A stretch of DNA of 64,000 nt from the NCBI GenBank assembly GCA_951406725.2, contig OX597821.1, forward strand, positions 5,084,001-5,148,000. Reading direction: 5' to 3'. The notes below the pieces were generated by a model, which worked only from the letters and a program-made list of their open reading frames with translations, was not told the origin of the DNA and ran no database searches. The DNA is from Octopus vulgaris. Lineage: Eukaryota. Shown here in pieces: positions 43,873 to 57,420 of the stretch (positions within the stretch are counted from its first letter, which is position 1; each line of letters opens with the position of its first letter). A program made the translations under genes and the position numbers.

Positions 43873-44773
43873 GTGTGCGTGTGTGTGTGTGTATACAGGT
43901 ATACAGGTATGTATATATATGTATGTATAAGTATACATATATATATATTTGTTTGTATATGTATGTGTGATCAGGCATGCATGCATATGTTTATATATGT
44001 GTGTGCAGAGAAAGAGAGAGATAGATTGATATATAAATGGATAGATATATGTATTTATGTATGTGTATATACATATGTATAAATGTGCATAATACATACG
44101 TTTGTGTTCATATATGCATATATATATATACACACACGCATGAATTTATAGTATACCCGGCGTTGCCAACGCTGGTATTTCTCTGTGAACGAAATACAAT
44201 TGTGCCTAAAGATTCTATTTTGCTATTAATTAATGTGTTAAAATTGTACGATGCCTATTTCAGAATTTCTGCATGTATATTTTGCCCACGCAAAGTGTAT
44301 AAAGGCTGGGGTAGGGCCATGGATATCTTTTATTTGGTCGATGAATATTGATTCCTAGTCTCATCTGTACACCGTATTTGTCTGCCAGGTTAGATCTGTT
44401 AAGTTGAAATCTTTCTCGTTGTCCTCGCAATATCTGACTCAAAACTGAAGTGGATTGAAGAGGCGACACATGTGTCATTGTGTGGCAGAAATAAGTATCA
44501 TGAGAATCTTGACTATTTCAGATGTAGAATGAAGATACAATCTATATTGCATCGGAGCAGTCATCATTTTCTCGCGAGCCAAGTGTAAAGCATATCTCTC
44601 TGAGTGAGAAACACGGGAAAGCGCTAAAAGGTCTTAGCGTTATAAAGGCTTTGTCAATGCTGGAAGAGTGTGATTTCATTGCGACTATTTTGCCTCACCA
44701 GAGTAAATATTGCGTCTGCAGGTATTTTAAGAATATATTTGTTCACATATTTAGTAGATTATTTAAATTGGAT

Positions 44774-45135
44774 GGATATTAGTCCTCATCTTGTTTGTTG
44801 TTAACACAACGTTTCGGTTGATATACCCACCAGTCTTCTTTAGGTGTCTTGGGGAAATGGCGTAGTGGTAAAATGCGAGGATTACTATCCCCAACATACC
44901 GAGTTCGATTGGAAGCAGTGACCTAGACACTAACAAGAAGAAGAAGAAGAAGAAGAAGAAGAATACCTTAGGGATGAGAACCCTAATTTCCCCAAGACAC
45001 CTGAAGAAGGCTTGAAGGGTGTATCAGCCGAAACGTCATGTTAACAAACAAGATGAGGACAAATATCCGTATAATGTAAATAACGTAAATAATGTAAATA
45101 ATGTACATAATTCCTCATCTCTTAAATATAGAACT
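44774..45135 (+). mobile_element. tRNA-headed SINE-like element with hammerhead ribozyme and a 5' inverted duplication
   Basis: A-box TGGCGTAGTGG (44858), B-box GAGTTCGATT (44901), (AAG)n, hammerhead at 44996-45042, then a tail. 44774-44858 is an inverted copy of 44986-45068. Confidence 0.75.
44996..45042 (+). ncRNA. minimal type I hammerhead ribozyme
   Basis: GACAC CTGAAGA AGGCT..AGCC GAAA CG TC ATGTT. The inverted copy shows the intact stem I partner GTGTT. Confidence 0.7.
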
Positions 45136-45312
45136 CTAATATTTAGTACACTTTATTTAATCGATAAACTCAACATTAATCTTTAATATATTCAATATCT
45201 TTATCATAGCTTATTCGGATCTTTATCTACTTCGGTTTCCACCGATTTGGATATTCACATATGTAAGTCATTTTGATCCATAGCCTTGGAGTTTATTGCA
45301 TTTTTATTTTAC

Positions 45313-45490
45313 CTTGCATAGTGAAATCTTGTTGAAGGTACCACACGGACAATGGACCTCGTGGTTTCTTAGCAATACCGAGGAGCACTTTCAGCCGTCG
45401 AGTTTCTGCTTGTTGTGCTGTGATGGTGTCGATTCTATGATAATGTAACTTCTGTGATGGCCAGGCCAAACTCTGTGCATGTGGCTCCAT
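45313..45490 (-). CDS. candidate first coding exon of an unidentified host gene (exon 45313-45623 including 5' UTR)
   Basis: Polypyrimidine tract + AG at 45625-45624, ATG in context AAGATGG, 59 codons of non-repetitive sequence (MEPHAQSLAWPSQK..VWYLQQDFTMQ), and donor CAAG|GTAAAA (phase 1). Confidence 0.5.
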
Positions 45491-46370
45491 CTTTTACCCG
45501 TGGCATTAACGACAAAATTCCTCTTTGTAACAATTTAAGCTTTCGATATGAGTTCCAGCATAATCGCCGGCAAATATGCATAAACAAGTCTGCTGTTGAA
45601 ATTGCGCCGTTGCATTGAGATTTCTAGAGGAAAAGAGAAAAAAGAAAAGGATGAACAGTTTGAATGTAAGAAATAGAAACGAGAAAGACAGTGACAGAGA
45701 AACTGTGAAAGAATTCAAACATGTAATGAAACGGTGGAAGAGCAAGAGAGTAGTAAAACATAGATATTCAGGTCTGGTGATATCAGATCGATGCGATAGC
45801 TGCATAAAAAGAAAGAGACGAAAACACACGCAAACAAAAAGTTTCAGAATTATATAAAATATATACGGAATATTATTCATGTGTGTATCCGTGTTTATAC
45901 CTAATCAGTATGAATGAATATATATAATGGCTGATAAAATAATACTAGTTTTCCTAGAAATATATTTCGTACACCTGCTATCGTTTGTCTGTTTTTACAT
46001 AATTACACACACATGCACGCGCACGCACACACACACACTTTGTGCCTGCAGATACTCTTGTCAGTAAATGCCGCCGTGTCTGCTTTATGGACGAGACCGT
46101 GTCATGTTATTGTCCATAAATTTGGCACGTTCGTGAGATTGTTGAAGCAAAATACTGATCAAATAAGAAAGTTGTAATTATTTAATAGTCGTAACTCGTA
46201 GCATTATATATATGTGTATGTATGTATGTATGGTTGCAGTTTGTTAGAATTAGATAGATAAATATATTAGTTGTGTGGACAGAGAATGTTGAAGTACAGA
46301 ACACCATAAAGATGCTACTCTTCAACTAACAACTAAACTATACAATGAACATAAACGATAAGCAGCACAC

Positions 46371-46461
46371 GTCTCATTTTGATGTCTCATTTTAAGGTCT
46401 CATTTTGGTGTCTCATTTTGACGTCTCATTTTGACGTCTCATTTTGATGTCTCATTTTGAT
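46371..46461. repeat. 13-bp minisatellite x7 (GTCTCATTTTGAT)
   Basis: Seen directly. Confidence 0.9.
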
Positions 46462-46462
46462 A

Positions 46463-46537
<75 letters not shown>

Positions 46538-46539
46538 CA

Positions 46540-46716
46540 CGACAGGTTTCCTTCACTTTCTGCCTACTAAATCGACTCACAAGGTTTTGGTTGGCTTGAG
46601 GCTATAGTAGGACTCACTTGCCGAAGTTGTTGGAAATAGGACGAAATCCAGAACCATGATTTTAGGAGGCAAGGTTCTTATCACACAGCCACCACTGCGT
46701 CTATATATATGTGTGA

Positions 46717-46767
<51 letters not shown>

Positions 46768-46990
46768 TATCTATGTATGTATGTGTGAATGTATGTATGG
46801 ATATGTTTGTGCGTCTGTGTTTGTCACACCAATCATCGCTTGACAACCGATGCAGGTGTCTTTACGTAAATTAACGGTTCGGCATAAGAGATCGATAGAA
46901 TATATACTAGGCTTACAAAGAATAAGTACTGGGGCGATTTGTTCAACAGAAGGCGGTGCTCCAGCAAATGACTGAAACAAGTAAAAGACT
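46540..46990. mobile_element. SINE family A halves (5' half on minus, 46540-46695; 3' half on plus, 46800-46990)
   Basis: Matches to the family A head and tail. Confidence 0.7.
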
Positions 46991-47179
46991 ATATATATAT
47001 ATAATTCTTTTATCTGTCTTTATATATAAAAAGTCATAAATTGAAACTTCAAGCTAGTATCTTATTTTAAATACAAAAATATGAGTGCGACGTCGAAAAT
47101 GTTGTTTTAATTACAATCGTCAGTTCCATGCATGTGTGTGTGTGTGTGTGTGTGTGTGCGGGAGTGGTGTGTATGTTTA

Positions 47180-47548
47180 CTTCTTTATTGCCGACTAAAC
47201 ATAGAGGACACAAACAAGAACAGACAAAGGGATTAAGTCGATTACATCAACCCCAGTGCGTAAATGATACTTAATTTATCGACCCCGAAAAGATGAAAGG
47301 CAAAGTAGACCTCGGCGGAATTTGAACTGAGAACGTAACGGACTAAACACAGAGAGGACAAACAAGGACAGACAAACGGATTAAGTTGATTATATCGACA
47401 CCCGTGCGTAACTGGTACTTAATTTATTGACACCAAAAGGATGAAAGGCAAAGTCGACCTCGATGTAATTTGAACTCAGAACGTAACGGCAGACGAAATA
47501 CCGCTAAGCATTCCGCCCGGCGTTCTAACAATTCTGCCAGCTCGCCAC
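47180..47548 (-). mobile_element. SINE family B dimer
   Basis: Two tandem bodies with one head ending GCCAGCTCGCCACC. Confidence 0.85.
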
Positions 47549-48086
47549 CCTCAACGTGGTGTTTATATTTCAGTATGTGAGTGCGTGTGCGCGCGCACGT
47601 GTGTGTGTTTCTGTTTGTGTGTACCTGTGTGTATGTGCGATTGTATGGTGGAGAAGCAGATTTTGGCCGAATGGCTAAATACTTTGCTTTGCAAGAACAA
47701 ATCCTTGATATTTAATCCCACGGCACGTCTCCTAGACACATTCTTTATAGCCACGGTTTCATCCATGACATAAAATTTGGTAAGCGAAATGTGCTTAAAA
47801 CAACTTCTACTACACAGCAGTCTCACCGTGCTGTGCATCACACTGGATCTGTATGGAAATTCTGTCAAGTACACACGTGGTTGGGAAATGGTCAGTCATT
47901 TTCACGCTAATTTTGAAGCAAATTAATGCTGATCATCAAACAACAGAATGTTCCGCATTCGCAAAAATGATCTTCCCACAGACAGATAATTAGATAACTA
48001 GAAAAAGAGATACAGACAGAGAAACAGACAGATGAACAGACAAGCGGGCAGACAGATATATATATATATGTGTGTGTGTGTGTGTT

Positions 48087-48135
<49 letters not shown>

Positions 48136-48147
48136 ATATATATATAT

Positions 48148-48240
<93 letters not shown>

Positions 48241-49733
48241 TGTGTATATATATATATATATACGCAAGCACACATGTACATATATACATATATGTACCCA
48301 TACAAACATTCAAACGTACGGTTTCTCAATTAAATGAATTTCAAATACAATTAATTATACAATCTTCTGTAGAATTTATCAATTCCTGTGTATGCCATTC
48401 AGGAAAAATATCATAAATTTGGTATTAATGTTACTCGGTGGTTATAAAGAAATTAGCAATTTTCTCTTTGTTCTTTGCCAAATAAGTTACGAGTTTCGAT
48501 TACTAGAATAATTACTACTTTATTACTTGATTTCTATTTAAATGGGCAATATCCTTATTCATTTAAGAGTGCGCTTGAAAACTAAATCCACCTGATCTTG
48601 CCTTTGCACCTTATTTTAAGTAGCGGATATCAAATCGCATTTTACATTTTGTTTTATTTCATTTAAAACGGTTGCATTCAATCAATTACGATATTGAATT
48701 CAACTTTTATTTGACAAATAAATGTTCAAGTAAAAAATAAAATAGTGTTGTAATATTCATCGGCTTTTTGTTCTTTATTTTTGTGTGTGCGTGTGTTTTC
48801 TATTCTCAACTGCTTTGTCATTAGGATGGTTATAAATATTATGCTCTTTTGGGGAATAATTATCTTCATATCTTTTTTAATAATTAACGTAGCATTGCCC
48901 TTTATAAATGGTTGCCATTTGTAATGTGGTAATTAAAGTGACGCTCGTTTGGTCGATATTTATGCGCACCACCTTTACACAACAACCTCCTTAATAAATT
49001 ATAGCGCTACTTGTAAAATAATTAACTCGACAATGTTAATACGGAATTGTTTTCCTATTAATATTTGAAACAATAGAGAGGCCATCTTAAATTATGTACC
49101 CACATGATAATAACGTAATTAACATCAGTTTTGTAATTAAGCCAAACACCTGTTATTTGTGTTATTATTATTAATATCATTAATAAATGTCAGTGTTTCT
49201 AATAGCATGCGTACGGATTGCACTTTCGTGTTTCCTTAGCACTATTAAAAATATAATCAGTTCAATGTCTTCTTCCTTCGTGAATTATGATCTCACGTAA
49301 GACAGTAAAATAGATTCCTGTAATTATGTATTGTTTAAACAATTACATGCAACACAACATTCATAGCAGCTTCAGAACAATGCTGGCGTACAGCAACTAA
49401 TTTATGCTGTTACATGTTTAGCAAGTATTCAAGAATTATACAGGTTTAGGCTGTAGTTCTTTCCTCATATTTTTCTGTTTACCTCAATATATTTTAGAAT
49501 CATCAACATCAAAAATTGCAGTCAGGAAATGCTGACGTGAAACCCTCCAACATTACGGTATGCGGCAAATGGTTGCTTGTAGCCAGCTAAATCGCAATAC
49601 AACATTCATATAAGTTTGGCTGCCAACAATCTTATCCACATTAATTATAGTTAAGGTTGACTCATAGCAAGAATGTCAACATAATAATGTGATCTAAAGG
49701 ATAACAAGTAGAAAGCTAACCCACATTACAACA

Positions 49734-50345
<612 letters not shown>

Positions 50346-50883
50346 TGTAATAATCCATAACTGTCACGTTAAACTCTGACTGTGCAACTGGTTTTGTTAT
50401 GCGCCAAAAACAGAACACATGGTGCATACAATTTTATAAGCAAACCATTCAAACACTGCGATCTGAAATCAGATGTCACTACTGTTCATATCACCTGTGG
50501 ATAAATTCTAAAATTGATGATATCAACAGCAGTGTCATAGGTGGATCGGAGGCGCAATAGCATTAAATAGCTATACACTCTCTTTCCTCTTTTACTTGTC
50601 GCAGGCAGTTGACTGCGGTCATGCTGGGGCATATAATTGAAGACATATACTGATAGAATTCAGCCCGGAATCAGTTGATGTCGAGAAGTCCTTATTGATG
50701 AGGAAGCGGATATTGATGAAACTGAACCGTCAGTAAAGAATTCTCCATCGGTGTTTCCGGGTGATCATAGTCCTTGTCAGTCTATATGTATACGATTCTG
50801 TACTTTGACTGCAGCATTAGAGCATTTTAGCTCTTATTTCTAGCAAAGTAGTTGTTTCTAACACCCTACTCATGTGTGTGTGC

Positions 50884-50946
<63 letters not shown>

Positions 50947-51659
50947 TGTGTGTACATATGATTGGCTTCCCACTCTTTCCATATTCCAAAATTCGCACAC
51001 AAAGAATTGCCAACGTGTTTGCAGAAGGACCAAACCCAAAACTTCACGGTTGCAAAGCAAACCTATTAACCACGCAACTATATCTGTACATATATTAATT
51101 AGCATAACGAATAAATCATAATTAAATTAATGAATGTTAAAACGTTTCTTTCTACGGTAATAATTAGTCGTTAGTTGTTTGCAGCGACGTATTTTCATTC
51201 TTTTCGATCACTAAGTCATAAAAGAGTATTAAGTCGTTTGTTTTCAAAAAATATCCAGAAAATGAACTCCACAAACCAAAGATTGTAATCTGTATATCTC
51301 GCTTTTCAGCAGCACGCTATTTAATTCATTATACAATTATTTCTTCGATGGAGTGAATTCTTATCGCCGATTTAGTTTCTCACTAACTCGTATGTTTTCC
51401 CTTATAATCTTCAAACAACACTAATTCTAGCAAGCTTTCACACTGAAGTACATCTTTTTCTACTTCAATATCTGCATTATCAAATGCATGTTTAAATAGG
51501 TGTTTTTTTTTCTGAATCTGTAAACTTCTACCGAAACTTACAACAATTATATTATGAGTGCGTGCGCGCACGGTTTTGTGTGTGAGTGTGTGTTTGTTTG
51601 CGCATGCGCGTGTGTGTAATATTACACGTCTGTCGATTCATCCATGTTTTATCTCTTTC

Positions 51660-51732
<73 letters not shown>

Positions 51733-52044
51733 TATGTATATATATGTATAGATAGATAGATATTTCCCCTTTCATTCAACATCGTTTTCATCATTGTACT
51801 GTCAACAGAAAACAGCAGAGCTCAGTTTTCACTAGTGAAAGCTGCTGAAGTTCCACGCAAAATATATGTTTGTGCGCGTATGTATGCATGTATATATGTA
51901 TGTGTGTATGCATGCATGTGTTTATGTATTTATGTAATTATCTATCTATATATATGGGCTTACATACATACAGAGAGAGAGAGAGAGAAAGAAAGAGAGA
52001 GTATACACACACACACATGAATACTTACATGCATACGTATATGT

Positions 52045-53345
52045 CAATCTTCCTTTCAGTTTTACAACTCCGTTGGCTTTCCTAATATTTCCTTCTCCCC
52101 GCGATATTGGTATTTCCTCTCCAAAATACCTCTTACTTCTCCTTAAAGATTCCGCCTTCCCAGAATTTCGATGGATTCTTGGCAAAGAACTCATTAAGGG
52201 GTTTGTTATGTCCGCTAAGAAATTTAAATTTTTACCATTGAGATTATTTTGCAAGGAAGCCAATAAACGAAACTTCGAAGGAGCAATGTTTGGTAAATAT
52301 TACGGGTGGGGTAACACATCCCAGTCCAGCTGCAACAAGGTCTGACGGGTTTCCAAAGAAACGTGAGGTCTGGTATTATCCAGATGTAAGGCGGTGAGCT
52401 GGCAGAATCGTTAGCATGCTGGGCGAAATGCTTACCGGTATTTCTTATGCTGCTACGTTCTGAGTTCAAACACCGCCGAGATCGACTTTACCTTTCATCC
52501 TTTCGGATACGATAAATTAAGTACCAGCCGAGTACTTGAGTCGATGTAACCGACTATCCCTGTGCCCCTAATTTTAGGCCTTTTGTCTATAGTACAAAAA
52601 ATTATCCTGATGGAAAATAACTTTTCCTGTTTGCCAATTCTGGCTGTTTTGTTTGTTTTTTTTTTGCCTTAAAATCGTTTAGTTTCAGGCCGTATTTCTC
52701 AGAAATAAATGACTGGTTACTTAGCAGAAGCTCATAGGACAGAATTCCTTTCCAATCCCACCAGATGCAGAGCATGATTTTCTTAGGATGAAGACTTGCT
52801 TTTGGGGTGGCTAAATGTGGCTTATGTCGCTCACCCCAGGATCTATTTCACTGAACATTGTTGTAAACGATCCATTTCTAATCACCCGTCACAATTTGCT
52901 TCAAAAATGGTGCATTTTTAATGCGTTTATAGAGTAAGTCATAGATAGGAATGCGATCCACAATATTCTTTTCACTCAGATCATGTGGTATCCAAACATC
53001 ATAGAGATTTGAGTACCTAAGTTTCACTAAGTGCTAATTAATGGTAGATTTTCAGAAATCTAGTGTTTCTCCCAATTCCTGCGTTGTGTAATGCGGGTTA
53101 TTCAATGTCTTGATTTGGTCATCATCTGAAGTGTGGGGGTCTGCCTGGGCGCTCTACATCAATAAGGCTACAATCACCAACTCTAAACTTAGCAAACTAC
53201 TTCTGTACAGTTCTGTCAGCAGAAGCACCTTCGCCGTACACAGCACATCTTTTTTTTTGTTGCTTGCAAGACATTTTTACCTTTACGGTAATAAAAAAGA
53301 AGCATCAAGTGCCTAAAATGCACCTTAGAATCTTTCATATTCATA
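52045..53345 (-). mobile_element. decayed mariner element interrupted by a SINE
   Basis: Minus strand reads [24 protein letters not shown], the same family as the 21125 element. Continues at 52613-53345. Confidence 0.75.
52387..52600 (+). mobile_element. SINE family B with target-site duplication
   Basis: Flanked by ATTATCCAGATG (52375-52386) and ATTATCCTGATG (52601-52612). Confidence 0.85.
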
Positions 53346-53499
53346 GGGATACAAAATTGACTTTCTTTCTCGAGATTGTTTGAAGTGTGCGCTAACCGGA
53401 AATGTAAGCATATGTGTCGATATATTTGATATCTTCTAATGTGTTGGAATGTGAACGACTAACATTTGACGTGTTATAATGTCTTGGAGCATCAACGAC

Positions 53500-53700
53500 T
53501 AACGTTTTTATATATTAAATGATATAGGTAATTTAAACCACACTTATACGTAGTTTAACTATATCTTTTTACAAAGGTACCATTCAGAATAATATCTGTC
53601 AAAGCAATGCGTTTGTGCCATTGCGAGTCCACACGTTCGAACTGGCCTTGATTAGAACTTCAGGTGTACACTTTTGTATCCACATTTTCATAACTACTTC
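53500..53700 (-). mobile_element. Tc1/mariner 3'-end fragment (copy of ~56315-56497)
   Basis: About 190 bp shared with the 56.3-kb element; truncated at (TACA)n. Confidence 0.65.
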
Positions 53701-54259
53701 ACATACATACTTACATACATACATGCATAATACATACATACATACATACATACATACATACATACATACATACATACATACATACATACGGCTGTAGCAA
53801 TAGCCACTCGTAAGAAAAAGGAGTACTTCCCAATGAAAACCCGAATAAAATGTAAACAAGAGGAGAAAAACTCTGTGGAGTTGTGGACACTAACTGCCTA
53901 GACGATGATTACATAAAGCTGAAGATCAATGAAAAGGGGAATACTTACGCTCGACTATTTAGAACTCTGCGATGACTCTATCCAGGTTACAAGTTTAGTT
54001 TTATTCCTGTAACTATTGGGGTACTGGGATATGTAACACATTACCTGAATACCAATCTTAAGAAATTAGGCTTCCCAAAAGGAGAAAGCTGATTACAAAA
54101 AATATAGGTTTAGTCCATCACTGGAACTGTAAAACTTTCTAGAAGTTCATCATTTAAGTATAAACGAGCATGAATAGACATGCAACTATATGCTTGAGTA
54201 TACAGATATAAGATAAAACATACAAATATCTGTCTCTCTCTCTCTCCCGCTTACTTTTT

Positions 54260-54635
54260 TTTACTCTTTTACATGTTTCAGTCATTTGACTGCTGCCATG
54301 CTGGAGCACCACCTTTAGTCTAGCAAATCAACCCCGGGACTTATTCTTTGTAAGCCCCGTACTTATTATATCGGTCTCTTTTGACGAACCACTAAGTGAC
54401 GGGGGCATAAACACAACAGCATCGGTTGTGAAGCAATGCTAGGAGGACAAACACACACGCACGCAAACACACACGCACATATATATACATATATACTACG
54501 AGCTTCTTTGAGTTTCCGTCTACCAAGGCTGTGGTCGGCTTGAGGCTATAGTAGAAGAAAATCGCCCAAGATGCCACGCAGTGGGACTGTACCTAGAACC
54601 ATGTGGTTCGAAAGCAAGCTACTTACCACACAGAC
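54260..54635 (-). mobile_element. SINE family A, full length
   Basis: Reverse complement of head, internal microsatellite and tail. Confidence 0.85.
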
Positions 54636-54659
54636 ACTCCGTATACACGCACACATAAA

Positions 54660-55062
54660 TATATACATACATACATACATACATGCATACATACATACAT
54701 ACATGCATACATACATACATACATACATACATACATACATACATACATACATACATACATACATACATACATACATACATACATACATACATACATACAT
54801 ACATACATACATACATACATACATACATACATACATGCATACATACATACATACATACATACATACATACATACATACATACATACATACATGCATACAT
54901 ACATACATACATACATACATACATACATACATACATACATACACACATACATACATACATTCATACATGCATACATACATACATACATACATTCATACAT
55001 GCATACATACATACATACATACATACATACATACATACATACATACATACATACATACATAC
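54660..55062. repeat. long (TACA)n microsatellite
   Basis: Seen directly. Confidence 0.95.
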
Positions 55063-55199
55063 AAATATACCTTGTTGTTGATGTTGAAATTCCAGCGTAA
55101 GAGTCCTGAATCTAGGTTAGAAACTGGCTCTTTCTCTATTGGCAAGAAATCTTGAAGTAAAACTGAATGATGACATACATGGATATATAAATGATATAT

Positions 55200-55610
55200 C
55201 TGAACGGTTATTTGCAACGCTATCCGTCGGAAGAACCGCCCTGCTGTAAAACATCAAAGACATGTCGTAACCAGCAGATATTCACACCTTTCTAACAAGG
55301 AATACAAGTGGAACCTTCCAATAAATGCACCAATTCGGTGCGAACACAACATACCTGATATTGGACAACGAAAATACGTCATGCAGTGCTGTAGAGGTCA
55401 GCTACCCAGCACGTGTGTATGTGCAATAAAAAGTCCAGGAAAAAGATATTTATGGTAAATTGATGCGAAACTTAGACATTTTGTTAGGTTACTAGGAATT
55501 CTCGTTTGTATTTATCATGATTGGTGCATTAGCTTATGTACCAACAAATTTAAACAAAATGCTAGAAATATTCAGTTTCAATTCATTAATAGCACAGTGA
55601 AGATTTGTAA
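55200..55610 (+). pseudogene. old R4/Dong-like RLE relic
   Basis: EYKWNLPINAPIRCEHNIPD..AVEVSYPA..KDIYGKLMRNL..IMIGALAYVP aligns by eye with the 31-kb relic. Confidence 0.65.
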
Positions 55611-55904
55611 AACATTCCAAATATTCTCCATCTGAGATTCTTATGTAAATAAATGCACACACTTGGCTATATTCATTGATACACCAATACACCAACTCAA
55701 CTACATATTTACAAACACCTAGAACTCTTTTAATTCGAAAACGTCTTATTGCTTTATTATCAAATGGCCTAAACACTCTCAAGAAGAAATTAAATAAAAC
55801 TCAAAGAAAAATCATACCTGTATATATGTGTAAATATTTATATAGATAAATAATAAAAGAAACGAAATAATTGGGATAGGCGTTCTTCGTTGTATGATAT
55901 ATTG

Positions 55905-55997
<93 letters not shown>

Positions 55998-56314
55998 ATT
56001 GGAATAGGCGAAACGCTTATTCCAATTATCTGGGCTTTTTGTCATTTCTTTTAGTAGCTTAAGTATGTGAATCAAGTTGTTTGTATTTCATAGACTTAAT
56101 ATTCAACACTCTTTGCTAGTTCTATGCGTAAGGACAAGGGCATTTCAGCATCTTCTGCGCTTTTATTAAAGAATAAAAGACTATTAATTATATGTATTAT
56201 GTGCGCATATGCAAATTGAGAGGCTAGTCCCATATTTGGTCAGATAGATAGAGAGATACAGTTCTAAATGTACGAAAGTTCTGCCAAAATAGTGTTCAAC
56301 AAGGAATACGGTTT

Positions 56315-57420
56315 TTATACATTAAATGATATACGTAGTTTAAACTTAGTTTAACTAGACCTTTTTACAAAGCTACCATTCAGTATAATATCTGTCGAAA
56401 GCAATGCTTTTATGCCATTGCGAAACCACACTCTCGAACTGGCCCTGATAAGAATTTCAGGTGTACATTGTTGTATACACGTTTTCATAACCACTTCACT
56501 CTGCTTCTTTCATCAGTGCGATGATCTTGTAAACTTCACTGGGCTGAAGTCTCGTCAGTTGCGTACTGTGCGAGGATGTAGGATCATAGAACTGCTCAAA
56601 TTGCCGATTGTATAGATTTTCGGGGGCAAAGATATATGATGTTGCGAAGTGGTATGCTGAATGTGGATAGTTTTCAGATTCCTATTCAGTACATTCCTCT
56701 TCGTGGATTCAGTGAGGTGTTTAGTTGTTTCAACGTATCGCTCACAATGTACGCTACAGCTCCATTCCAGAAAATAAGTCAATGATGCCCTTCTCAACCT
56801 CTATGTATACACCATAACTTCTTTACACTTTGATGATGTAATGTGAAGTCATTCCATGTAACGAAGCTTTCATTTCCTGTATCATAAAGATATTTTCACG
56901 TTTCATTGCCTACGACCAGGTGAGAAAATTTGTCTTTAGACATTTGCAACTGATCAGAGCAAACTACTCTTCTCTCCTTGAAGACATTTGTGAAATGCTG
57001 AGGAACCCATGTCGCACACACTTTCTGATACCCAAATATTTCTACCATGAACTGTAACGCATTGAGACCCTTAACCTATTGTGCAGCCAGTTTAAAACTT
57101 GTGACTCGTCTGTCTGTACGAATCAACTCGGACACTTTCCGACAATTCGTGTCTGAAGTCGCAACTGCGTTTCTTCGTTAAAATTCTCCATCGTTAGTCT
57201 TCTGTGTACAAACGGCATCTCTTTGTTCTGAAGAACTCAATAACGGCATGTTACTTCTGCTTCGAGAACTGGAAGATGATTTACTGTGCATGTAAATTCA
57301 CTCTAGCAGCATGCACAATTTGAAAAATCGTGTTCCTATTCGAATATGTATTATAGTAATATTATATCATTAGAATTCTCTTTTTAGTATTTGCCATATC
57401 TCGGGCGCGTGTACTTTCCA
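56315..57420 (-). mobile_element. decayed Tc1/mariner-superfamily element
   Basis: Its 3' part is duplicated at 53500-53700. The minus strand gives transposase-like fragments with many stops. Confidence 0.55.

Larger units (their letters stand above)
53790..55178 (+). mobile_element. R4/Dong-like LINE 3' relic in (TACA)n, apparently split by a SINE + (TACA)n insert
   Basis: 53790-54155 reads RIKCK..IKLKINEKGNTYARL..LYPGYKFSFIPVTIGVLGYV..SITGTVK. ACATACAAATAT occurs at ~54218 and ~55057. A putative 3' UTR at 55063-55175 ends in ACATACAT. Confidence 0.6.

Noticed and set aside
44148-44178. Degenerate Helitron 3' end (TAGTATACCCGGCGTTGCC)
   Set aside because: The hairpin and CTAG are imperfect and no matching 5' end was identified.
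44858-44920. Functional tRNA gene (also the other SINE heads)
   Set aside because: A/B boxes are present but the acceptor stem and cloverleaf are not intact, so these are SINE heads.
50640-50780. Acidic peptide (DEEADIDETEP..VFPG) reminiscent of a piggyBac N-terminus
   Set aside because: Too short and frameshifted; no TTAA/TIR or catalytic region was found.
55999-56025. 12-bp hairpin TTGGAATAGGCG-AAA-CGCTTATTCCAA resembling a terminator
   Set aside because: The context is eukaryotic and there is no U tract. It is probably a tiny fold-back remnant next to a microsatellite.
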